A stretch of 64,000 bases of DNA from Clostridiales bacterium (GTDB lineage Bacteria > Bacillota > Clostridia > Christensenellales > UBA1242), in the NCBI GenBank assembly GCA_015069325.1, contig SVIV01000001.1, forward strand, positions 168,052-232,051. The letters run 5' to 3'. A program made the translations under genes and the position numbers. This document shows positions 48,354-55,717 of this stretch, piece after piece. The first letter of the stretch is position 1; the number at the start of each line of letters is the position of its first letter. A model generated the notes under the pieces. That model made no database searches. It was not told the origin of the DNA and saw only the letters and a program-made list of their open reading frames with translations.

Positions 48354-48707
48354 CTACGGATTTGTAGGTGCAGGTGGCCCCATAGTTTGACCAGATAAAT
48401 GTTTTAGATACTCAAGTTCATTAAGAACATAATCCGGCCATATTGCTTTTAATATTAATGGTAATAAAACATTGATAAACACAACTAGCAGCATCAATGT
48501 TGCTACGCCAATAATTGTGTTTCTAAGCCTTGTTGAAGCGGTTTTTCTTTTATCTTCGCTTTCTGCTTTTGCAAGATTCACACCTAGTATGATTGCATAA
48601 ACACAACCGGCTCCACCAACAAGCGCAAGCATACACCATAAAATATCTGGCAAAACCTTATATGTTTCGTTTAAAAATGATAAATGTTCTAAATAATGAA
48701 ACCCCAT
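48354..48707 (-). CDS. Small two-TM membrane protein, paralog B (VirB2/T4SS-pilin-like topology, tentative)
   Basis: 117 aa. ILWCMLALVGGAGCVYAIILGVNLAKAESEDKRK...IIGVATLMLLVVFINVLLPLILKAI. It has its own TTGCTA-17-TAAAAT promoter. Clear paralog of 48835-49182. Confidence 0.5.
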   Translation of the reverse strand: MGFHYLEHLSFLNETYKVLPDILWCMLALVGGAGCVYAIILGVNLAKAESEDKRKTASTRLRNTIIGVATLMLLVVFINVLLPLILKAIWPDYVLNELEYLKHLSGQTMGPPAPTNP

Positions 48708-48792
48708 TTTTTTCTCCTTATTTTAAATTTTAGCATATTTAATTTTTTTTAGCAAGAAAAATAAGGGGTGTAAAAAGATTTTTTAAAAATAA

Positions 48793-48822
48793 AAATCCAC
48801 ACAATTATAAGTGCGGATTTTT
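48793..48822 (-). terminator. Intrinsic terminator after two-TM paralog A
   Basis: Minus strand: AAAATCCGCAC ttataatt GTGTGGATTTT (one mismatch) followed by a T-run. Confidence 0.55.
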
Positions 48823-48834
48823 ATTTAGTATAAA

Positions 48835-49182
48835 TTATGGGTTTTCAGGAAGGTTAACGCTGTGGAAAGCACTAAGAATTCCTGGCAACAAGTATAAGAA
48901 GAAGATAACTAAAACAAGCGTAACTACAACTGAGATAATCACTGTAATTAAGTGTTTCTTTGCTTCATCTCTTTTGCCTTGTTCAGTAGCTCTTGCTAAA
49001 TTAATACCAAGATAAACACCATAGATGACAGCAGCAAGACCAACAATCCCGATTACAATCCAAAGGGCTGTAGAAATGATTTTTACAGCTTCTTGTGCAG
49101 CTTTTGCTCCTTCTGAGCCAGTTCCAAACACAACACCGAAATATCCGTCCCAAGAAAATGTAAGGTTGAGAAGTGATTTCAT
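48835..49182 (-). CDS. Small two-TM membrane protein, paralog A (VirB2/T4SS-pilin-like topology, tentative)
   Basis: 115 aa. ALWIVIGIVGLAAVIYGVYLGINLARATEQGKRDEAKKHLITVIISVVVTLVLVIFFLYLLPGILSAF. AAAGGAGGAAATCT RBS. Confidence 0.5.
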   Translation of the reverse strand: MKSLLNLTFSWDGYFGVVFGTGSEGAKAAQEAVKIISTALWIVIGIVGLAAVIYGVYLGINLARATEQGKRDEAKKHLITVIISVVVTLVLVIFFLYLLPGILSAFHSVNLPENP

Positions 49183-49372
49183 AGATTTCCTCCTTTTTTT
49201 TATTTGACAAGATTATCTTAACACAAAAAAAGGAAAATACAAAATGATTTTTAAATATTTTTAAAAAATAAATAAAAAAAGACTATGGAGCCGTTGTTTT
49301 GGCTTCAATAAATCTTTTTTTTGATATTTTTTAGTTATATTTTTTGCTTCAATCTCATTTGTTTATTTCAAA

Positions 49373-49561
49373 TTAAATAAAAGTGTTTGAATTAAAATTG
49401 TTTGGGCAGGTGTTTTGTGTGCAGCCACAGCCGCAAGAATTGTTGTTGCCGATAGATAGAAGCAAAAGTAAAATTAAAAGTGTATTATTGTTTAAGTTTA
49501 AGTCAGATCCGTTGAAAAAAGATGAGAAAAGCAGAGCAAATAAAATTAATTGTGTATTCAT
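49373..49561 (-). CDS. Small hydrophobic peptide with a C-terminal Cys cluster (62 aa)
   Basis: MNTQLILFALLFSSFF...LLILLLLLSIGNNNSCGCGCTQNTCPNNFNSNTFI. Strong RBS (AAGGAGG, 5-nt spacer). Divergent from the ArsR-family gene. Confidence 0.5.
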   Translation of the reverse strand: MNTQLILFALLFSSFFNGSDLNLNNNTLLILLLLLSIGNNNSCGCGCTQNTCPNNFNSNTFI

Positions 49562-49704
49562 TTAAACCTCCTTAAAATACATAATAATCTTAATTTTGAC
49601 AAAATATGAAATTTTTCTATTTTGCTTTTTCATTTGCATTTTGCTTTAATTCTTATAGCAGTAATATGTATGACAAAAAAACAATTAATGTGAAAGGAGT
49701 TTCT

Positions 49705-50040
49705 ATGCAAAATAAATATTTATTATTATCAGAGCGTAGTCGAAGCGAAATCCTGTCAGTTATGCCACGTGAAAGAGAAATTTTAAGGCTTGCAGATTAT
49801 TTTCAAAATTTTTCAGATAGCACAAGGATAAAAATTCTTACCTGTTTATCAATGATGGAAATGTGTGTAAATGATTTATCGGCTGTGCTTGCCATTAATC
49901 AAACGACCATTTCTCATCAACTTAAACAACTAAAAGATCAGGGTATTGTTTCTTATAAACGCAACGGGAAAATTCTTGTTTATCGCTTAATAAATGAAAA
50001 TGTAAATGATATGATGATGTATGCTTTAAACGTGATCTGA
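49705..50040 (+). CDS. ArsR/SmtB-family transcriptional regulator
   Basis: Trimmed to ATG 49705 (GAAAGGAG RBS). Winged HTH: FSDSTRIKILTCLSMMEMCVNDLSAVLAINQTTISHQLKQLKDQGIVSYKRNGK. A partial CVxDL-type thiolate site in helix 3. Confidence 0.8.
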   Translation: MQNKYLLLSERSRSEILSVMPREREILRLADYFQNFSDSTRIKILTCLSMMEMCVNDLSAVLAINQTTISHQLKQLKDQGIVSYKRNGKILVYRLINENVNDMMMYALNVI

Positions 50041-50154
50041 TCTCTTATTTTGTCTTTGCATTTTGCGGTTATTTTGTTATGGCAGAATTTGATTAACTGT
50101 AGGCAATAACTTGACTTTTTTTTAAAATCGTGGCATAATGCTATTGGAGATAAA

Positions 50155-50616
50155 ATGAAAAGGGTAATTGAAGATTTAAACGAGATGAGTTTTTGCCTTC
50201 CAGACGGTTGGGTGATTTCAACAGACAAATATTTTTTGCAGAACGGTCAAGGCTTTATCAATTGTGAAAATTACATTTCGCCAGAAAATAAAGTTGTTTC
50301 TTTATTCCAGATTCAGAGAGATCCTGATGAATTTTTTGAGCATTATCACAATTTAGTTGGCTCTTATGACGAAAAAAAAGACGAGTTTGTGCTTGTAAAA
50401 CAATTTTCAATTTTGGTCAATGGTTTTTCTTTTCCTCTTTATATATTAAAAGGGGTGAAGCAAGATGTATATATTGTTGAAATATTCATCAATTGCGGGG
50501 ACGCATTGGGTTGTTTTATCTTTAAGATAGAAAATTTCGATGATGACAAACAAAAATTATTAGAAAAAAATCAAATTATGAAACAAGTTAGTCAAATTTT
50601 AAGGACGATAGAATGA
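50155..50616 (+). CDS. Hypothetical cytoplasmic protein (153 aa)
   Basis: ATGA start/stop overlap with queH. The FCLPDGWVIS start is reminiscent of DcrB/PsbP-like (DUF1795-type) domains, but this is unverified. Confidence 0.45.
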   Translation: MKRVIEDLNEMSFCLPDGWVISTDKYFLQNGQGFINCENYISPENKVVSLFQIQRDPDEFFEHYHNLVGSYDEKKDEFVLVKQFSILVNGFSFPLYILKGVKQDVYIVEIFINCGDALGCFIFKIENFDDDKQKLLEKNQIMKQVSQILRTIE

Positions 50617-51152
50617 AAAAGTTGTTGTTGCATAGTTGCTGTGGCCCCTGTAGCACGCAGGTAATTGATGTGCTGAAAGGTGAATATGACATTACTATAT
50701 ATTATTACAATCCAAATATAGATAGTGAAGAAGAATATTTACTTAGACTAAGTGAACAAAAACGTTATTGCAAAGAAGTTGGAATCAATGTGATTGAAGA
50801 TGGGCATTTTCCAGATGAATTTTTGTCAAAAGTTAAAGGTCTTGAGGGTGAAGTGGAAGGTGGCGCAAGATGCAGTATATGTTTTAAAATAAGGCTTGAA
50901 AAAACTGCAGAAAAAGCAAAGGAATTGGGAATTGATTTGTTTGGCACTACATTGACAGTCAGTCCGCACAAAAACTCTCAAATTATCAATGCGATTGGTA
51001 AGGCGATAGCCGAAAAAACAGGTCAAGAATATTTAGAAGGAAACTATAAAAAACAAGATGGTTATAAAAGAAGCATCGAGTTTTCAAAAAAATACAATTT
51101 ATACAGACAGAATTATTGTGGTTGCATTTTTGCAAAAGGGGTTAAAGGTTAA
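50613..51152 (+). CDS. queH: Epoxyqueuosine reductase QueH
   Basis: 179 aa. LLLHSCCGPCS N-terminal Cys motif, CSICF, C-terminal YRQNYCGC. Confidence 0.85.
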   Translation: MKKLLLHSCCGPCSTQVIDVLKGEYDITIYYYNPNIDSEEEYLLRLSEQKRYCKEVGINVIEDGHFPDEFLSKVKGLEGEVEGGARCSICFKIRLEKTAEKAKELGIDLFGTTLTVSPHKNSQIINAIGKAIAEKTGQEYLEGNYKKQDGYKRSIEFSKKYNLYRQNYCGCIFAKGVKG

Positions 51153-51154
51153 TT

Positions 51155-51997
51155 TTGGAAGATAAACCATATACGCAGTATTTTATGAAGGAAAAAGAAG
51201 AAAAAGTTGCGACACAGGTGTTGTATCGCATTCTTTTTGTAATGCTGATTGTGTTTATTATGTTTTTCAGCGTGAATTATGTTTTTAATCAAAAATATGA
51301 ATATATTACAATAAGCGGGCAATCAATGCAGTCAACTCTTAATAATGAAGCTGTGCTTAGTGCAATTGTTAGTGATGGAAAAACAACTTATAATTGGGTG
51401 CAAGATGGTGTGTATATAGAGAAAACTAAGGATATAGATTATAGCGATATAATAATCCTTGAAAAGTCTTCTGACAAAACAATTATAAAAAGAGCATTAG
51501 CTTTTGGCGGAGATTACATAACAATTGTGAAAAATGAACAAGGTGAATATAGGCTTATTAGGATAAAAGAAAATTCCAATAAGGTTGAAGTATTAGACGA
51601 AGATTACATCAAAAGTTACCAAGAATGGTCTGATGATGGACAGGCGCCGCAAGATGGTTTGACCCCACAACTTGTTTATGAGCCAACCTTTTATAGCACT
51701 TTCTTTGGTGGCGGATATCAGTCAAAGCAGATTTATATTGAGAGTCTTCAATGCAATGTAACATTCTTTCAAGTGCCTGAAAATGAATTGTTTGTGTTGG
51801 GAGATAACCGCAATCATAGTGCAGATTCAAGAGAAACGGGAACAATAAGTATTGATAATATTCGTGGTAAAGTCGTAGAGATTGTCAAGAACGGCACGCA
51901 CTATAAAGGCAATGATTTTTACTTTTTAAACCGTTTAAAAGGCTATTTTAGCCTAATTTGGAAGGAAATTTTAGGATTTTTTGGTGCTAATATATAA
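51155..51997 (+). CDS. lepB: Signal peptidase I (LepB/SipS type)
   Basis: 280 aa. N-terminal TM, catalytic Ser box ISGQSMQSTL, Lys box IIKRALAFGGDYI, GDNRNHSADSR. The track start is TTG; an ATG at 51185 is an alternative. Confidence 0.85.
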   Translation: MEDKPYTQYFMKEKEEKVATQVLYRILFVMLIVFIMFFSVNYVFNQKYEYITISGQSMQSTLNNEAVLSAIVSDGKTTYNWVQDGVYIEKTKDIDYSDIIILEKSSDKTIIKRALAFGGDYITIVKNEQGEYRLIRIKENSNKVEVLDEDYIKSYQEWSDDGQAPQDGLTPQLVYEPTFYSTFFGGGYQSKQIYIESLQCNVTFFQVPENELFVLGDNRNHSADSRETGTISIDNIRGKVVEIVKNGTHYKGNDFYFLNRLKGYFSLIWKEILGFFGANI

Positions 51998-52071
51998 AAA
52001 TCGTTTGGAAATCGCTCAAAAGTATGCTATTATCAAAGTAGGTTAAATAACCAAAAAAAGGAGATTTGTTA

Positions 52072-52350
52072 ATGAATAAACAACAATTTATCAAAGCATT
52101 TGCTGATAAAGCACAATTCACTCAAAAAGACGCAGGAATTGCTTTTGAAGCTATGGCAGAAACAATTGCCCAAACTCTTAAAGCTGGAGAAAAAATTCAA
52201 ATCGCTGGCTTCGGAACATTCGAAGTTAAGAAGAGAGCTGCAAGAACTGGTATCAACCCACTCACAAAAGAAAAGGTTAAAATCGCAGCTTGCAATGTTC
52301 CATCTTTCAAATTTGGAAATAGCTTTAAAGAAAATTTAAATAACAAATAA
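52072..52350 (+). CDS. hup: DNA-binding protein HU
   Basis: 92 aa from ATG 52072 (AAGGAG RBS). MNKQQFIKAFADKA...GFGTFEVKKRAARTGINPLTKEKVKIAACNVPSFKFG. Confidence 0.9.
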   Translation: MNKQQFIKAFADKAQFTQKDAGIAFEAMAETIAQTLKAGEKIQIAGFGTFEVKKRAARTGINPLTKEKVKIAACNVPSFKFGNSFKENLNNK

Positions 52351-52465
52351 ATTGGTTATGACAAGTAGGGTTGCCTTAGGGCAACCTTATTTGTTTTTAT
52401 AAAAAGATGCATAAACGTTTGATTTTTTTTTGCAAAGATTGTAATATAGTAATAGGAGATTGAAT

Positions 52466-53185
52466 ATGGCAACAAAAACAGTAGAACTTCAAAAGTTTGA
52501 TAATTACCATTTTATTATGGCAGGCTGGATTACTTTCTCGGAAGTAATTAAAAAGTTGAAAAAGGCAATGCCTTTTTATCGCTTCGAGCAGGTGCCAAAA
52601 ATAAAAATCAAAGAAGTGTTTTATGACAATGAGCATCATATGCTTTTTGATGCTGGTATAGTTTTATCAAAATCATCTACAAGTAAAGATACATATTTCA
52701 ACATTCGAAGATTAAGTAGGGTGTTTAATAAGAAGACAAAAAAATATCAAATTGGTGGCAATTGCACTCCAAGCGATCACCCAAAAGATTATGCACCCAA
52801 AATAGCAAAGGCTATAGATGATTTGTTTTCATCTTCTCTTACTATTGATATTGAAAATATTGTGAAGAAGACAAGCGAAATTATGGAAGTTCACAACGAC
52901 AAAACTCCATATGATATTATAGGCGGAACAGGCTTTAGGGCAAAACTTGTTTGCGAGAAAGTGTTATATAAAGATGTGGCTAGTGGCAAAAAAGTTTACC
53001 AAGATTGTATAAGTCTAAGCGTGCCAAGTTCAGAACGTGAAGAAACAGAAGAACTTTTAAAATTAATTGAAAGGACGTTGCCTTCGCTTGTGCTTTTTAA
53101 TGCAAGTAGATTTGAACTTGCTCAAAAATTGTTATATACTCCAGAGCAAGAATTAAAATTAGATGAAGAAACGGAAGAAAACTAA
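52466..53185 (+). CDS. Hypothetical protein, possibly a degenerate CYTH-like domain
   Basis: 239 aa from ATG 52466 (AGGAG RBS). VELQKF, EVFYDNEHHMLFDAGIVL and the C-terminal ...LIERTLPSLVLFNASRFELAQKLL loosely follow the CYTH pattern (EIE.KF / YFD...L / ...SK..R), but with non-canonical acidic and basic residues. Confidence 0.35.
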   Translation: MATKTVELQKFDNYHFIMAGWITFSEVIKKLKKAMPFYRFEQVPKIKIKEVFYDNEHHMLFDAGIVLSKSSTSKDTYFNIRRLSRVFNKKTKKYQIGGNCTPSDHPKDYAPKIAKAIDDLFSSSLTIDIENIVKKTSEIMEVHNDKTPYDIIGGTGFRAKLVCEKVLYKDVASGKKVYQDCISLSVPSSEREETEELLKLIERTLPSLVLFNASRFELAQKLLYTPEQELKLDEETEEN

Positions 53186-53242
53186 CTGCAAATGTTAGTT
53201 TTTTTTATTCTATTTGCCTACTGTTTTGCATAGTTATAGATT

Positions 53243-54676
53243 GTGAAAAACAAGTTTACGTTTATGAACAAGTTTACCTATGCTATTGGCGGATTTGGAT
53301 ATAGTTCGATGTCGCAAACATTGAATAGTTTTATTATGTTTTTTGCAACTGCTGTTATGGGTATTTCAGGTTCGTTGGTGGGGATAGCAATTGCGATTTC
53401 TTCCATTTGGGACGGTGTTAGTGATCCGTTGATAGGGCATTTGTCTGATAATTGCAGAAACAAGTTTTTTGGCAAACGCCTGGGCTTTATGTTGTTTGGA
53501 ATATTTTTTATTTCGATGATTAATTTGCTTATTTGGTCAATGCCTATGACATTGCCCCAGTGGATTAAATTTGTATGGCTTTTAGTTGGAATGCTTGCAA
53601 TTGAAAGTGCAAATACTTGTTTTGGCACGCCGTATTCGGCCCTTGCAATTGATATTGCCCCTGATTATAACGATCAGGCAAAATTGCAAGGTTTTAAAAC
53701 GTTTTTTAATATTTTGGGAATGATTTTGCCTAATATATTAATGTATTTTTTTATGCCTTCAATATCCATTGGAATTCAGTCTGTCCACACCCAACAAGGT
53801 TATGTAAAAATAGCCCTAATCAATTCTCTGCTTTTGACAGGGCTGGGAATAATTACGATATTTTGCACGTTAAAACAGATCAAAAGGCGAAAAATTTATC
53901 GGTTTGATGAAAAACGAGAGAAATTTCAGTTTAAAAAGTTGCTTTATGGCTATTTTAATGTGATTAAAAATAAAGATTTTCGGTCGGTAATATTAGGATA
54001 TTCCTGTGCGACAATAGCTTCTTCGTTTTTAACAGGAGTTGGGCTTCACCTGTTTACTTATTGTTATCATTTTTCAAGTTCGCAAATTTCAATAGTATTG
54101 ATTGCAATGTTTGGCGGTGCGGTCGCATCGCAACCGCTTTGGGTGTTTTTATCAAAACGAATTGACAAAAAGAAAACTTTAATAATTTCGCTTTCAACAA
54201 TAATTTTGGGGGTTTTTATTATAGGTATTACCTTTTTGTTTAAAGAATTTATGTCATCTGGAATTATGTTTTATATCGCTCTTCCTTGTATGCTTTTTTG
54301 TGGTATTGGTGCAGGTGCTATGTATTGTTTGCCTTTTTCAATGTATGCTGATGTCGTTACGCTTCAAATTGTTAAAACTGGTGAAAACAATGCAGGAGCA
54401 CATACAGGCTACTTTACTTTTACTTATAATTTAGCAAACTCAGTTGCTCTATTAATAATAGGCTTTTTGCTGGATTTAATTAAATTTGATTCTTCTCAGC
54501 CTGTCCAAGCATTGTCTGTTCAAAATGGACTGGGACTAATCGTATTTTTTGGTTGTATAATATTTATGTCGCTTGCGATTGTTGCTTTTTCTTATTATTC
54601 GGTAAAACGGTCGCAGGTTTTAAAAATTCAAATAAAATCCTTAAAAAATAAATCGGTTAGCGGGATATCTCACTAA
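53243..54676 (+). CDS. MFS transporter, glycoside-pentoside-hexuronide (GPH) symporter-like
   Basis: 477 aa, about 12 TM. GPH-type loop WDGVSDPLIGHLSDNCRNKFFGKRLGFMLFG. Start uncertain (GTG 53243 or ATG 53264). Confidence 0.8.
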   Translation: MKNKFTFMNKFTYAIGGFGYSSMSQTLNSFIMFFATAVMGISGSLVGIAIAISSIWDGVSDPLIGHLSDNCRNKFFGKRLGFMLFGIFFISMINLLIWSMPMTLPQWIKFVWLLVGMLAIESANTCFGTPYSALAIDIAPDYNDQAKLQGFKTFFNILGMILPNILMYFFMPSISIGIQSVHTQQGYVKIALINSLLLTGLGIITIFCTLKQIKRRKIYRFDEKREKFQFKKLLYGYFNVIKNKDFRSVILGYSCATIASSFLTGVGLHLFTYCYHFSSSQISIVLIAMFGGAVASQPLWVFLSKRIDKKKTLIISLSTIILGVFIIGITFLFKEFMSSGIMFYIALPCMLFCGIGAGAMYCLPFSMYADVVTLQIVKTGENNAGAHTGYFTFTYNLANSVALLIIGFLLDLIKFDSSQPVQALSVQNGLGLIVFFGCIIFMSLAIVAFSYYSVKRSQVLKIQIKSLKNKSVSGISH

Positions 54677-54764
54677 CTATTTAAATCATATTGTGAAGAG
54701 TTTTTATTTTAAAATAATGCTGTTAAAAACAATGAAATATATTGATATTATGCATAAAGCAAAA

Positions 54765-54797
54765 TAAAAAAGCACCTACAAATAGGTGCTTTTTTTT
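54765..54797. terminator. Bidirectional intrinsic terminator (MFS gene and tRNA-Glu)
   Basis: aaaaaaAGCACCTacaaatAGGTGCTttttttt. Confidence 0.7.
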
Positions 54798-54800
54798 GAG

Positions 54801-54875
54801 TGGTAGTCTCAAGGGGAATCGAACCCCTGATTCCGCCGTGAAAGGGCGGTGTCTTAACCGCTTGACCATGAGACC
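54801..54875 (-). tRNA. tRNA-Glu (anticodon UUC)
   Basis: 75 nt on the minus strand: GGTCTCA...CCGCC CTTTCAC GGCGG...AGGGGTTCGATTCCCCT TGAGACT A CCA. Confidence 0.9.
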
Positions 54876-54915
54876 ATTATATCAAAAATTAGGGAGTGCT
54901 TTTTGATACTCTCTA

Positions 54916-54944
54916 ATTATATGGTAAATGAATTATATTGTCAA
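54916..54944 (-). promoter_or_regulatory. Consensus sigma-A promoter for tRNA-Glu
   Basis: Minus strand: TTGACA, 17 nt, TATAAT (both hexamers perfect), about 40 nt upstream of the mature 5' end. Confidence 0.7.
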
Positions 54945-54992
54945 GCATTTTTTCAAAAAAAATTAAAAAAATTCAAAATTTTAAAAAATATA

Positions 54993-55709
54993 CTAAATAT
55001 TGCGTCTTGCAATCGCGCAAGCGTGTATTTCTTTTGCCTTCGACAGTAGGCTCGCGCAGGCATTAATTGTAGAGCCTGTAGTGATAATATCATCAATAAT
55101 CAAAATTGATTTTCCTTTAATTATAGAATGATTTAGGGCGTAAATGGAATTTTCAAGATTGCTTTGGCGTTGTTCGAAATTCAAAAACTTTTGATTTTTG
55201 GTTATTGCAGTTTTGACCAAAATGTCTTCAACAGGTTTCCCTGATAAAATTGAAAGTTCATCTGCCAGCACTTTTGCGGGATTATAACCCCTTTTCTTTA
55301 TTGTCTTTTTATGCGAAGGGACAGGAATTATCATATCAAATTCAACTTTATTTGTTGTTAGTCTATCATAGATATGTTTTGCAAAGTATTTGGCTAAATA
55401 CTTTGCACTATCACTTTTAAGTTTTAATATGCTTGAGCGGGTTTTCTCATTATAAACGAAAGGACAATGACAACTTTGAAACTTTGGTTGTTTGGTTTTG
55501 CAATGGTCGCACACAATATTTCCTTCTTTTATCTTGCTATCACAAAACACACAACGATTTCCGTTGTTGAGGATTTCACTTTTTGAGCAGTTTGGACAAA
55601 TGTCTCCTTCTACAACATCACGTCCGCAAAACAAGCAAGTTATGTTGTCTGGAAAAATTGTATCCAAAATTTTATCTTTTGTTTTTATAAAAAAGTTTTT
55701 GATTGTCAT
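54993..55709 (-). CDS. comFC: ComF family protein (ComFC-like phosphoribosyltransferase)
   Basis: 238 aa. N-terminal Cys4 fingers (CLFCGRDV...CPNC, CVFC...CDHC). PRT motif ILIIDDIITTGSTI. Confidence 0.8.
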   Translation of the reverse strand: MTIKNFFIKTKDKILDTIFPDNITCLFCGRDVVEGDICPNCSKSEILNNGNRCVFCDSKIKEGNIVCDHCKTKQPKFQSCHCPFVYNEKTRSSILKLKSDSAKYLAKYFAKHIYDRLTTNKVEFDMIIPVPSHKKTIKKRGYNPAKVLADELSILSGKPVEDILVKTAITKNQKFLNFEQRQSNLENSIYALNHSIIKGKSILIIDDIITTGSTINACASLLSKAKEIHACAIARRNI

Positions 55710-55717
55710 AATGTCCT

